Assembly (NCBI GenBank): GCA_002633005.1
Contig: NMRA01000290.1
Span: 485,974 to 549,973 of the forward strand
Direction of reading: 5' to 3'
Length of the DNA stretch: 64,000 bases
Origin: Phoronis australis
Lineage: Eukaryota; Animalia; Phoronida
Below are positions 38,001 to 48,300 of this stretch, piece after piece (the first letter of the stretch is position 1; each line of letters opens with the position of its first letter). Position numbers and translations under genes: made by a program. The notes beneath the pieces were generated by a model. The model did not search any database, had not been told where the DNA came from, and was given only the letters and a program-made list of their open reading frames with translations.

Positions 38001-39393
38001 GGATATCATAAGGGGGGCCAAACATTTTGTCTCGTAAACCCCATTGTAGAGGCGCAAAGTACCAAATGGGGGAGGTCGGGAGGGAGGAGAAAATTTTGTT
38101 TCGACTCTAAAAAAGCATTTTCCTTGATTTCTGAAATGTTACCAACGAAAAAACACTGAGAATTATGTAAAAAAATGGAAACTGTAAATTGCAGGGACTT
38201 AAACTCGCGTCCTGTTGGTCAGAGCGTGTGAGCTCTTCCACTGTTTCTAATCAAAATACTAAGAGATATACCGTACTTGTTTATGATCCACAGCGTTTGC
38301 ACGCCAACCTACTTCATTCCGTAATGTTTATTCCATGCTTTATATTTTGTGTAACCAGTTCGTAGCAAAAGTTGTATTTAAAACATTCTTAAGTTGCCCA
38401 AAATACCAAATCTGTTATTTGTGTTGGCATTAACCACAATGGGTGGCGCAGCACTGAAAAAAGTGGGGGCTAAAGCCCCCTTAGCCCCCTTGTGGTGCCC
38501 CGCCTATAGATCATGTGCGGCGTAGCACTGAAAAAAGTGGGGGCTATAGCCCCCCCCAGCCCCCTATGGTGCGACACCCTATGACCACGCGATGGCTTTG
38601 CAAATTGTCTTAATTTTAATATTTGACAAAGAGAGAATTACGAGTTTCTGTTTGATTCACTAAGACTTGGAAGAAATTAAGTAATTTTCTTCATTGCATG
38701 CTGAAGCAGACGACAGAAACGGAGTGGTAGTGCGCAGCACCTCTACTGGTCGCCTAGGATATCACGGACATATCGACTGGGATATCACGGACATATCGAC
38801 TGCGAGTGGCATCACTTAGCCACAGGTTAGTTACCATTACGATAGAGCCGGTTGTCTGAATCGCCCCCCCCCCAAATCCGCCTATATGCCTTGGTAATGT
38901 GTTGTCTTATTTCAACATAACCACAAAATAGCAACGTTCAAATCATGCTGTGCAAAAACATGCTTCAAATCTCTAAACAAATTTTTGATTTTGCTTTCCA
39001 AATTTACAAGTAACAATATTTTCCATCAAATCTGACATTTCTGGTCACAAATCAATTGGCAACCATTTTATCAGCAACAAGTTGTTGATAAAACAAAGCT
39101 GCAGCATCAGTCAGCAGTAAAGATAAGGCAATTTTTCACACAATTCACGTTTTATGACATTGAAATAGGATAATGGAATTTCACGTTTGTTCAAAAGGAT
39201 TTCTATTTTTGAAAATGGAAAACCACAGTCTCTACATCCTGAGGAATCTAACAGAGACCCTGACAGCGTGTAAGTGGTTGGAACCATAATTTACCTGAAG
39301 TTTCTGCAACCACGACAATTCAATCCTGTGCGTAAATGGGTTGATTGGTTCTTCATGAGACAGCTGTCTGGGAACTGGTCGTCTTGTGCCCAT
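13949..39393 (-). CDS. LPCAT2: Lysophosphatidylcholine acyltransferase (LPCAT1/LPCAT2-like), 12 coding exons, 490 aa
   Basis: Exons 39393-39295, 29535-29393, 26231-26011, 24757-24590, 20863-20805, 20185-20151, 19617-19480, 18510-18385, 16566-16422, 15768-15670, 15320-15182 and 14049-13949 are all GT-AG and phase-consistent (1473 nt). Motifs: NPF, N-terminal TM, HTSFAD (HxxxxD), IFPEGT, WTWDGP, EF-hand DRNKSDSVDFLDY and C-terminal KKNS. LPCAT1 versus LPCAT2 cannot be resolved. Confidence 0.93.
15182..15320 (-). CDS. LPCAT2: LPCAT coding exon 11 (degenerate EF-hand region)
   Basis: ttttcag acceptor, gtaagg donor, phase 0/1. Confidence 0.85.
15670..15768 (-). CDS. LPCAT2: LPCAT coding exon 10 (EF-hand NKSDSVDFLDYVIGLSVIC)
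   Basis: tttcag acceptor, gtaaac donor, phase 0/0. Confidence 0.9.
16422..16566 (-). CDS. LPCAT2: LPCAT coding exon 9 (...LQEFAQKL..LEKLFRMFDR)
   Basis: tttcag acceptor, gtgaga donor, phase 2/0. Confidence 0.88.
18385..18510 (-). CDS. LPCAT2: LPCAT coding exon 8 (FLGVPCTDATLEEC...GLVELQILQKKL)
   Basis: ttacag acceptor, gtaagt donor, phase 2/2. Confidence 0.88.
19480..19617 (-). CDS. LPCAT2: LPCAT coding exon 7 (LWLTLCQFHN..YLPVYYP..LFARNVRSTMA)
   Basis: ttttcag acceptor, gtaaga donor, phase 2/2. Confidence 0.92.
20151..20185 (-). CDS. LPCAT2: LPCAT coding exon 6, 35-nt micro-exon (KTLAWTWDGPSA)
   Basis: ttgcag acceptor, gtaagt donor, phase 0/2; WTWxG motif. Confidence 0.88.
20805..20863 (-). 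CDS. LPCAT2: LPCAT coding exon 5 (GGFAPGLPVQPACIRFTNSL)
   Basis: ttccag acceptor, gtaagc donor, phase 1/0. Confidence 0.9.
21898..22310. mobile_element. Tc1/mariner-type MITE with TA target duplication
   Basis: TIRs ctgggattttccatagataagcc and ggcttatctacggaaaatctgg flanked by TA; internal subterminal repeats aataaacgcccatggg. Confidence 0.7.
24590..24757 (-). CDS. LPCAT2: LPCAT coding exon 4 (VRREDPNSR...WPQILIFPEGTTSN)
   Basis: ttgcag acceptor, gtctgt donor, phase 1/1. Confidence 0.92.
24906..25942 (+). repeat. ~445-bp near-identical direct duplication (24906-25352 and 25498-25942) separated by a piggyBac-like end and an N
   Basis: The two copies align almost base for base; a single n lies at 25497, at the junction. 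Confidence 0.85.
26011..26231 (-). CDS. LPCAT2: LPCAT coding exon 3 (EAPIVCCAPHTSFAD catalytic motif)
   Basis: ctttcag acceptor, gtgagt donor, phase 2/1. Confidence 0.92.
26428..29370 (+). mobile_element. Cluster of Helentron/HINE (pearl-like) non-autonomous elements with internal ~145-bp monomer arrays
   Basis: AACAAGAG-type 5' ends (26428, 27420, 27503) and monomers in a 3-mer higher-order repeat of ~440 bp. A GGAC/GACA microsatellite and terminal stem-loop atgcgaccacatat-aa-atatgtgggcgcat followed by aaaaa lie at 28610-28680. Confidence 0.7.
29393..29535 (-). CDS. LPCAT2: LPCAT coding exon 2 (TM segment VALMSVTIAPIRLLVIIILML...PLRGWR)
   Basis: ttttcag acceptor, gtatgt donor, phase 0/2. 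Confidence 0.9.
30790..31700 (+). pseudogene. L1/Tx1-clade LINE reverse transcriptase remnant
   Basis: ORF 30805-31062 KGFIKGRPIGENLKNIYDL..LLELVNFVRAFKLISW..FVDWV matches the QxGFIxGRxIGENIRxIxD..DFEKAFDxISW pattern. The 3' boundary is approximate. Confidence 0.7.
33971..35596 (-). CDS. Uninterrupted 541-aa adhesion/secretin/Methuselah-like (7tm_2) GPCR nested in an LPCAT intron
   Basis: Seven hydrophobic segments with family-B-like motifs: LRTPGG..VNM, C..GAAMNEYFWVATFLW, YTLYCWILP, ECL2 Cys (GKCFV), FVVP..N, IFLAFVCKK. About 27-aa N-terminus and a long S/P-rich C-tail. AATAAA on the minus strand at 33721-33726. Confidence 0.88.
   Translation of the reverse strand: MAQVGQFTNPSNSTQVLVNAESQLIDQIFYSVSIAMLTTTAVIYIIVPCLRTPGGYCIVNMCFSQGAHELFAMFTLNIKDDDMLCLIGAAMNEYFWVATFLWLKMNAVDNWWNLTHYFQGMKSHKKQYITYTLYCWILPLFFIGPIFLFTFLIGDVGEQEILGFNLGIGAGKCFVSTVPALLSFFVVPCACFMFTNFLIYSNCCVTMIKSFREKDPRNKIEMSRAEKMNTLRNVACSIIMSLNLIVHFLYFANSSDTGLKAAAQTCLISESSVIFLAFVCKKDIIRELQFRTRILRGKFYKTNHGKKEDKSEKARKSKKAPEILGSVPKQANAKNSFKLDTEEPLSSSVDSQHKMSKAQEPTMSTFEYKHDLSSVLEAAHRGQHPLVKGGNNLSSRNRITSRPSIRETAPSPLMPSKLHVTDGQLSPHLQVRSYSPTCTSALSSNEITGYEFANPTFQLDNASSVVLKNLTISDELPLSPNDLGKATAQPDGAVMTGNESMQTEAAYSGWSQGNPDHIYIVSSQLDCDFPGIVNHGFLNPI
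35759..35766 (-). promoter_or_regulatory. TATA-like box upstream of the nested GPCR
   Basis: TTATATAG on the minus strand ~165 nt upstream of the ATG, followed by a possible short 5'UTR intron (gtatgt ~35709 to ag 35599-35600). Confidence 0.4.
37987..38886 (+). mobile_element. hAT5-like non-autonomous element, copy 1, with a nested small MITE pair at ~38438-38583
   Basis: Starts CAGTGGCAGATCTAGGATATCA and ends ATCCGCCTATA; flanks tgtct/tgcct; colinear with 42472-43249. Confidence 0.7.
39295..39393 (-). CDS. LPCAT2: LPCAT coding exon 1 (MGTRRPVPRQLSHEEPINPFTHRIELSWLQKLQ)
   Basis: ATG at 39393, donor cag|gtaaat, upstream acceptor ttttgcag at 39420-39421; carries the PRQxS..NPF motif. Confidence 0.85.
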
Positions 39394-40049
39394 TTTCTAC
39401 GTTGTACACCCCTTGTCTCCTGCAAAAAATATTACACGAAATAGGTTAAAAAACAACCAGAAATTCAAGCCTTCTTAACTATAATTGTCTAAATCATAAT
39501 CAATTTTAAGTCTTCTTTAAAGGTTTCGGCAATGTTGCGAATCAAGAGCAACCGTTAGTTTTAGGGAACAGGGGTACATAAATGCTTTAAACATCAATAT
39601 CAAGATAACACACCTTGGCCCACGGTGAAGAGAATTATAAAACAGTAATAACACAGTAATAAACATGACTTAAATCGTTTCAAAGATTTTAGTAAATGAA
39701 CTGCCAGCTGGGCAATCTCGCAATCTTGTTTTCCGAAGAGCATGCATTAGTAAAAGCTCAAAACTCAATGTTTTCCCATAGCCTGTGGTGGTCAAAACAC
39801 TGATCTAATCACAACCATATTCAAAAAATAACTTCATGCAACCATTAAATAACTTAGAAACATCTATCTTCACACAACTGCAGCTTGCTTCAGCAGTACA
39901 TACATATTTCACCAGTTCTTCGTTTGCCACTTCACTCCCTTTTATTTCATGTTTAGCTGAACCAAGGTATTATGGATAATGTAGAGAACAGGGTAATACT
40001 ATAGGCAGGGTGTTGAAATGATTCCATGTCGCCTAAATTCCAACTACAG

Positions 40050-40310
40050 TCCCCCTAAACCCCAGAAGTGAGGCCATGGAGTCATTTGTACCCACTGAAG
40101 TGTGGGTACCCAAGTTATGGTGAAACTATGTTATATTGTACTATATCTACCATTTTCATGTTTTTGGACCTTGTATGCATTTTGTGGATCCCCTAAACCC
40201 CAGAAGTGAGGCCATGGAGTCATGTGTACTCACTGAAGTGTGGGTGCCCAAGTTATGGTGAAGCTATCATAATGTTATATTGTATTATAGCTATCATTTT
40301 CATGTTTCTG
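40050..40310 (+). repeat. Two-copy tandem repeat, ~138-bp period
   Basis: cccctaaaccccagaagtgaggccatggagtcat...ccaagttatggtgaa occurs at ~40052 and ~40190. Confidence 0.8.
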
Positions 40311-40899
40311 AAGCTATTGCATTGCTCAAGTGTTCATCCACTTATAAACAGGTATCTGCATATTTTGTATTCTCCGGAGCCCCCTCCATGACCTCTGTGT
40401 TATGTGAGATTTATGCATTCAATGTTTTCCTGATGATGAAAAGTGCTTTCCTGTATTTCTTTGAGGGTAGTTGATGGAAATAGGCTTCCCATTGAAGGTG
40501 ATGTGACTCTGTTGATAGTTAAGAGCTGAGTATGTCCTAGGATGAATTTTAATTTCCATCATGTTATATTTTAGTATTTACACAAGTGTGAAGAAAATTA
40601 AGATGGTATTATCTCCCTTTTTCTAAACACATGTAAGTTTTTTTGTTTGTTTCTTGTTCGGACGCTACAGATAGCAATTCTAATCGGATTAACATAAAAT
40701 TTAAAAACATGAGGCTCATGAATGGCTCGAAGCCTGTTGTTTTTCGTCATGATCGGATTCAAGATGGCGGATGTTGCGGCCATTTGTTTTGCAATCCAAA
40801 TTCAAATGCTCACAAAGGCCGCAATTTTTGACGTACAAGTCATATATCCCCTGGCATGTGCAGTGTAAAAATAGGCAGTAACCAATTTTGGGAATGGAA

Positions 40900-41750
40900 C
40901 GAGAGACTGCTCGAAGAAAAAGTTTGATAACAGGACTATTTCTTTGAGTTGGAAGGAAATAAATACATCGGCGACCTCCTAAGGTGTCACTTTATGCGCA
41001 AAAGTGGCTTTGATGTTTTAGTCAGTGTGAGGCATAATTCGATGACAAGCTTAAAGCGTATAAAGCTCCTATAGGAGCTACACTGTCTCTAGTTGGCTAG
41101 TCACTGTCTATAAGTTATATTTTGACGTTAGTCTTCATAAAGCTAGCTGTTCTGATGTTTAGTGCAGGTGATAGACAGGGGATATGACGTCATACCACCT
41201 GCCGCGTGGAAAAAAGTTTTTTTTATTTTCCGATTTTGGGAACTGAATGAGGGACTGCTCGAAGAAAAAGTTTGATAACGGGAGTATTTGTTCAAGTTGG
41301 AAGGAATTAAATACATCGACGGTCTCCTAAGGTGTTCCTCTATGCGTTCAAGCATCGGCGGCGCACCATAGGGGGCTGGGGGGGTTATGGGCCCCCACTT
41401 CAGTGCTTCGCCCCCCATGGGCTACAGGCGGTGCACTACAGGGGGGCTGNACGAAAAAGTGTGAGTGGAGTGGCGCGCGTGATCCATGAGAGTGGGCAAT
41501 TGTATATTGCGACACTTCATTTTATTTTTTAAGTATTCCTGACAGAATTTGAAATGGGACCAAGTTATCCGACTATTACCCTTTTTTCAGTGCTGCGCTG
41601 CCCATGAAAAGGTATTTATAACAACATGACTTTGATGTTTTAGTTAGTGTGAGGCATAATTCGCGGAAAAGCTTCCGGCGTATGAAGCTCCCATAGGAGC
41701 TCCACCATCTCTTCTGGGCCAGCTAGAGACGGTGATCACTGTCTAAGACA
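40900..41750 (+). repeat. Two direct copies of a ~200-bp element with the palindrome GAAGCTCCTATAGGAGCTTC; the second is split by a MITE (41353-41607); an inverted third copy lies at ~43300-43545
   Basis: gactgctcgaagaaaaagtttgataac...gtgaggcataattcg...agctcctataggagct at 40905 and 41254/41630, with the reverse complement in C1QBP intron 1. Confidence 0.7.
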
Positions 41751-41981
41751 AAGCCTATAACATAATTAAATTGATAAGCCTGAGGTGGGACCTGAGTCTG
41801 AGGAAGACTGGTTATCATCAATCATTCATGACAAATCACAATGAATTGATTTCCAATCCTCTATGTCACAATCCCGAAGATGTTAAATCAAATGAAAGCC
41901 AGACACTCACAAAGTACTCAAATCAACGAGAAGAATCCGCAAATGCTGTCAACTTATGCAATTTAGCACAATATACCTTAC

Positions 41982-42127
41982 CTCAGCGTCTCCCCCCGAA
42001 AACAAACGAAAAGTAGATCTTGTGCAAGTGGAGGTACTATTGTTAACTGATGGGCGCCCTCTAGCGTCTGATGTTCACACGTGTGGAGAATAAGTTCGCA
42101 GGACAACAGTTGCAGTACGAAGATGGC
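41982..42127. promoter_or_regulatory. Putative compact bidirectional promoter for LPCAT (-) and C1QBP (+), including a non-coding LPCAT first exon
   Basis: Strong minus-strand donor gag|gtaagg at 41981 pairs with the acceptor at 39420. CTCF-like GGGCGCCCTCTAGCG (42052-42066), E-box CACGTG (42078-42083) and YY1-like AAGATGGC overlapping the C1QBP ATG (42120-42127). Confidence 0.6.
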
Positions 42128-42333
42128 CCATTTCATTCCGAAAACATTAGGTTTTGCTGGATTGCGTGTCCTGTCATCGACAAACCGACACATCTTGAAG
42201 ACAACGCGTCTGTACAGCTCTTTTGTTTTTCAAAAGCAAGCTTACTTTCCTGCCTTGAGCTTGAAGATGACGAAATTGCACACACCTCAGCACACTCACG
42301 GATCATGCCGGTGCTGTGGTTATCATACAGAAG
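42123..42333 (+). CDS. C1QBP: C1QBP exon 1 (mitochondrial targeting peptide)
   Basis: aagATGg start; MAHFIPKTLGFAGLRVLSS...CRCCGYHTE; donor g|gtgtta. Confidence 0.85.
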
Positions 42334-45300
42334 GTGTTAATCTCGTACTTTGTTTCTGTTCCTGTTATTTTTACTCGGCAGAATAATATTCTGCGATGTA
42401 TATTGTTCGCTCAAATGCGCTACAGCTGGTGTCGGGGTAAATAAGTTTCCCTGGCCCTGGGCCTGGTACTACAGTGGAGGATCTAGGATATCACAAGGGG
42501 GGCCCAACATTTTGTCCGGCTGTAAACATTTGCGCAACTCACGATTGTAGATGCGCATAGCACCGAATAGGGGGTGGTTGGGAGGTTTTTTTTTTCCTCT
42601 AAAAATCAAGCATTTTCCTTGATTCCTGAAGTATTATCCAAGAAAAAAAGGCAAGAAAAAACAAACAAAAAAACGGAGAAAGTGTCAAACAGGAAAAACT
42701 GAGAGAACCATAGACTCGAACTCACGACCTTGCGGATAGCACGCACGTGCTTTACCACTACACCACCAAGCTTTATATATATTACTGTTATACTAAAAGA
42801 GACCTACTTCTTTATGGGCCACAGCGTTTGCGCGCGAAACCTACTTCTTTTTGTTATGCTTATTACACGTTTTATATTTTATGCAATCGGTTCTTAACAA
42901 ATTTTTTGTATTTAAAATAGTCCTCAAATGCCCAAAAGACCAAATTCGTTGTTCGTGTTGGCGATAATGACAGGATTGCTTTGGAAATTGTCTTAAGGTT
43001 TAACAAAGAGAGAATTATGAGTTTCTGAGTGATTCACTAAGGCTTCGATTAAAATTCACATCTTACCAGCAGCTTCTGTTTTTTTCATCGTCTCTCAGGT
43101 TCCATTTTCTTTAAAAAATGAAGTAAATTTTCTTAATTGCACAGTGGAGCAGATGACAGAAACGGAGTCGTAGTGCGCAGCACCACTGCCGGTCGCCTGG
43201 GGTATTGGGGGACAGCCCCCTGGGCCCCCCCTAATAAAGTCCACCTATGTACTAGTAAATTTAAATTTGAATTTCCCTGCACTGGCAGACACTGGGCCAG
43301 AGCTTGGCCTAGCCGTGACCACCGTCGGTAGCTGGACCCAGTAGATATGGTGAAGCTCCTATAGGAGTTTCATACGCCGAAACCATTTTGGCGAATTACG
43401 CCTCACACCAATTAAAACATCAGTTAGTCACATTATAAGTTATGTAACCTTTTCCGCATGGAGGGACACCTTAGCTGGAGGCCATCGATGTCTTTAATTC
43501 CTTTCGACTCAAAATACTCATGTAATCATACTTTTTCTATGAGCAGTATGGTAGTCCTTCATTCTCTCAACAAAGACTGAATGCCATCGAGTACAGTCAA
43601 TATGTTTAGGTCAAACAGAAATGTAGAGAGGTTCGAGGTCACTAGTTTGCTAGTCACGCCAATAAGTGGCAGTACAGATATATAGAGTCCAGAATTTGAA
43701 AAGTATGATCAATAAGTCGAGCATATCACAAATTCCAGAATCGGGGAAAATTCAGTTTCAGTTTGGATTTTGTTGTCTGTTACTTAAGTGATTTAAGAGT
43801 TTTTATGTCTGCCTTGTGATTAAATGCAAAATATTTAGTTGCATATTGAAATACAGCCAAAGTTGCTCGAGTTATGCCGATGATGGAAGCAGCAAATGTA
43901 TACAGCGCTCACGAGCATTTCTTAGTTACTATGTTCAACAAATCTGTTTGTGTAAAAGTAATCGCCCACTAGCAATTTTTATTGTACAATTCCAATATAC
44001 TTGATGTTAAACTCGACTCCACTTAACTTGGAGCTCAAAATTTTCGAGGTGGCACTAGGGAACACAAACTCTTTCTGACACTCTTACTTATTCTAGTTTT
44101 AATAATTGTAATTGTAATTGTTGTAATGCATTTTAGGTGACAAACAGATGGTTACATTTTTAAGCGAAGAAATTTCCATGGAAAAGCAGTCAATGAAAAA
44201 TGCCAAACTACCCTCTCTTGAAGGATTCGAAGTAGAGCGCAAGGAGGCCGAAGTTATTCTTACAAAAAGATTAGAAGGAGAAACGTACGTGCTTATAAGT
44301 ATCTTAAAAGGGGTAACAAACATGTACCCCCTGTCCAAGACCAACTTTTGATTTTGGACACTTAAGTTCATAAAATTGGTCAAGGAGAAGTGCTTCAGAC
44401 CAGACCCATTAATTTGGGTTAGTTTTTGTTACCATGCATCACAGCCATTGGGAATTCCTCGCAATTCATTGTGGCCATGAAAATCAGCAGTAGTGTATCT
44501 ATTGAGAAGACCATAGGCGACACTGATTTCAGATGCCTCTGACTACTGTGGTGCTGTGTAATGGCAATTTTGATGTTTTCATGCACGGCTTTCCATAAAC
44601 TGTTTCTGAATATGTGAAATTTGGATAATGCACTCGTACATGTATGAATGTGACGACTGGTGAAGATGACTTTCGGAAGGAGCTGACTAATATTATGATT
44701 CCTAGTGTCGATATTTTGTTTTTATGTTTGTCTCTGTTTCTTAAAAGTTCTTTGATGGATTTTCAGGAAATTTGTCAAACAGGTTTCTATTAAGGATGGA
44801 TTTGCCATATTCTGCACCACCTAATGACCATTTTTATTATTTTTGATTTTTTTTGGCGTCTGCCTCAAAACTGCTCTGACAGGATCGTTATGAAAATTTG
44901 CAGATGTGTTTCTTCTGACAAGAGTACGAATGACTGATTTTTGACCAGGTCCGATTTTGCTGTGGCGCCCCCTTTTGGCACCTAGAAGCTTAGCTGTATA
45001 GTTTTGGGTACAATGCTTTAGGTTGCTTTTGTTGTTGTTGGAGCTTTAAATCTGCAATGAACCTGACTGTGCCATAAAGCTGGTGTTAGGTTTCAATTTA
45101 CACCTAACTTTAAAACATTAGAAGTGATTTCTGAGCGTTGGAAGAATGAGTGCTTGTTACTTCATGAGGCCATGCTTGATGCATTAAACTACTCACTGGG
45201 TGGAGCTAACTCATCGAGCCTTGTCTTGGGCAATGCCAGGAATTTCTAACAAATAAGCCCCAGGGCTTGTATATTCGAAAAATTTACTATTTTTTACTTT

Positions 45301-48300
45301 CAGGTAACTTGTAACACCAGGTGTAGTTTTCAAAACGGATTTAAAAATGCCTATCAGCTTGGAATGATGACCAATATAATGGTACCATGAGTACGAAAGC
45401 TTATTAGGTAACAAAATAAAAAAACTTACTGAAATAAAATATGTACTGTTTTTCATAAAGCCTTGTTTTTATTTAGCACTCACTTACGCTGTTCACTGTA
45501 GGTAAACTGGAATCTAGTCTGCTTGCACTTCTCATCATGGTGATGGAGAATTGCTTTTGCAATCAGTCTTGACATTACGGGGAATTCCGGGTCATTTTGT
45601 CCCGTCGTTTGTGTGAACTGTATTATGTTGGTCTCTCATGAATTTTCTATTTCCACATTCAGGATCAAAGTGCGCTTCAATGTTAATCACACGGTTGATA
45701 CTGAAGACCCAGTCCAGGGTGGAGATGAGGAGTCCCAGGTTGGTGAAACGAACGTAATGAAGTAGCCAAGCCTTTTAGACGGTCATGAAACCCGTTTTTG
45801 GCATTTTTTAACAGATATTTGCGATGACTTTCCCATCCAGCTCTCTAAAACGAAGTAATGCTCTGTAGCTCGCATCAATCCGCAAAAGATTGGAGCAAAT
45901 TTGAAAACTCTAAGAAGTCTGTTCAACTTGGAAACGTCACCTAAGCTTTAAGCAAGGTACACGGCAACTATGGGCAAAGTCCACTTGCCAACAACCATAA
46001 TATCCATTCTGTGACGCGTTTGATTAAGCGTGTTTAGTTGAATCCTGCTTTTATCACTAAAGCACGATGCCAATGGTGCATTAGGAATGGTTGAAATCAC
46101 CAAAATAAAGTTTAGTAGCCTTTTGTACAAAATCAATGAATATAATTTTTCCGGTAGCCGGTTTTTGTGAAATGAACATGCTTACTTTGTGGCTGACCAG
46201 TCTGAAAGTAACCAAGCATTGCCAACTTGCCCTTTCACTGCAAGTTTGCCACAAGATGATATATCTCGTATGAATGTATGGATGAATAAAGTGGTCAATA
46301 TACAGTGCTCTGACTTTATTAACACAGGTAAAAACATGTGTTACTAGGATTAACGAGAGGACTTAGCCTGTAAAACTGACCATGTGCGAATAAGGTGAGA
46401 CAAGAAATTCTCGCCATGCAGTCTTGTGCGAAATAAGTGGCAGACAAAATTTTTAATTTTAGGTGTGTGAAATGAGGGGAGTGTGCGATTTTTGTGGGCG
46501 AAAGGTTCACATCGACTATTTCAAGGCTGGGTAGCGCGCATGTTTTGGGCCGTAAAAGTTTCCGCGTTTTTTGTCATTGGTGATTCCAAGCCCTGTACTA
46601 TCTGTCTTATATAGTCATGTGACTGTTATTTGTTAAAGGCAGCTGTCACCTTTAATGGCTTAACAACCATGCACACAGCAGCGAAATTTCCCGTCACTTG
46701 TCTTGTCTGCATTTGGAATGTTGCTTTGTGTCATCAGGTATTCCTCTTTCCTTTAAGATGGTGTCCAAGCCTCCATTCAGTGTGGAGATCACCAAGACTG
46801 GTCAGGATACGTTGACCATTCAATGCGCATTCCCCCCAGCTGATGAGATGGACGACCCTTCCGCGCAGGAGGGAGATATCGGTGAGATGATGGTCACACA
46901 TGCCCATCCGTTGTATACTGAAATAATTTAACAGCAACCCTTTTAGTTTAAAAACATTATTACAAGCATGATAGTATTGTTGTGCGAATGTGTATCCTGG
47001 CTGCACTGTCGTGCTTTTAAGATTATGGAGAACGTTATCGACATGTTGAATTTAGCCAAATATTGACAAATCTATAGATTTTAACTCAGTAAAAGTTTAT
47101 TTTTTCTGTATATTGAATGCCTGTAGAATTTGATTTTTGACTTAATACCAATCTGCTATTAATTCATTTTATGAGTTTTGCATAAAAACATTTATTAGTC
47201 CTTTTTGATAGCCCTCCTATGAAAGTGGAGAATTTTTAAAACAATTCCTAGCAATGTTTTGGAGAGCAGCACTTAAAGCTTGGTGTCTGAATGTTTCATA
47301 TGAATCCGAGGAGCCATTTCTGAGTTAAGATGTTACGAAGTTTGCCATTTTTTGTGGGTTCTACATAAACTTAAGGAGTCTATTAGTACATGTATGTATA
47401 TCTCAGTCTTTTCTAAATTCGCAAACATATCGTGTGTGCACGTCTGGTTAGGCGGCTCGGTGGATTCAGCCTCCCAATGCAGTAAAAACCTGCTGCCATG
47501 AAACAACAGCTCATCTGTTAGTGCAAACTCAATGGTTATGTAAATTGTAGATTTGTTGCTGCCTGAGCACTGCATGTTTACATTTATAAGTGTGCAGAGT
47601 TCAGTTTTGGTTGAGGAGAGTGTGGTTCACTGGACTCCTGTTTGGGAAACCTGGGTTCGAATCCTGGCTTTACTGGCAGACAATCAAACATTGCGCAAAA
47701 GTATCTCCTTCTCCTCTGAGCTCGGTTTTACAAGTGAATGTTTGCAAGAGAATGAATGAGAACGTGGATATAATGCGAAAGCGATTTCTAGGGCTGTGCT
47801 CATATTTTTTAAATCTTTTGGTTGATGAAATCACGGGTCTAATGTCCGATCAGGACTGGAAAATGTGCCACTTTCAAATACAAAGTAGAAACCAGCATCA
47901 GCAGAAAATGAAGCACGAGCTGGAGATAAAAACATGTTTTTCTGCGTACAAGAATAGGGGAGGTATCGAAAAGAGCTTCAATAATTTTGCGCACAGGAAG
48001 GGTTTGATGTGAATTTAGTTCCCATCACAATAAAACTGTGCCATGGTTGCAAGAATGTGTAAAATTTTGCATTGTGAGATGAGGTTGGGAAATTGTGCAG
48101 AATTTATTCACCCATCCTCACTGTTGCCATCGATTTCAGTTGATGAATTTGACATCGAAGAGATCGCACTGCACGGCGTCGATTGGGACGATTCCACGTA
48201 TGTTGTCTCTGCTGCAACAATGGATGGGGTAAGTCAACAAGACGGTTGGTCTACTCTTTAAAATCAGTGTCTCGTATCACTTAAACCGGTTGCAAATCTG

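Noticed and set aside
40598-40783. ORF MAATSAIL.. / AAGATGGCGG as an alternative LPCAT first exon or promoter
   Set aside because: No homology and no suitable donor; a better first-exon donor exists at 41981.
42713-42767. Functional tRNA gene
   Set aside because: A and B boxes are present, but there is no acceptor stem or clean anticodon arm, and it sits inside a repeated transposon.
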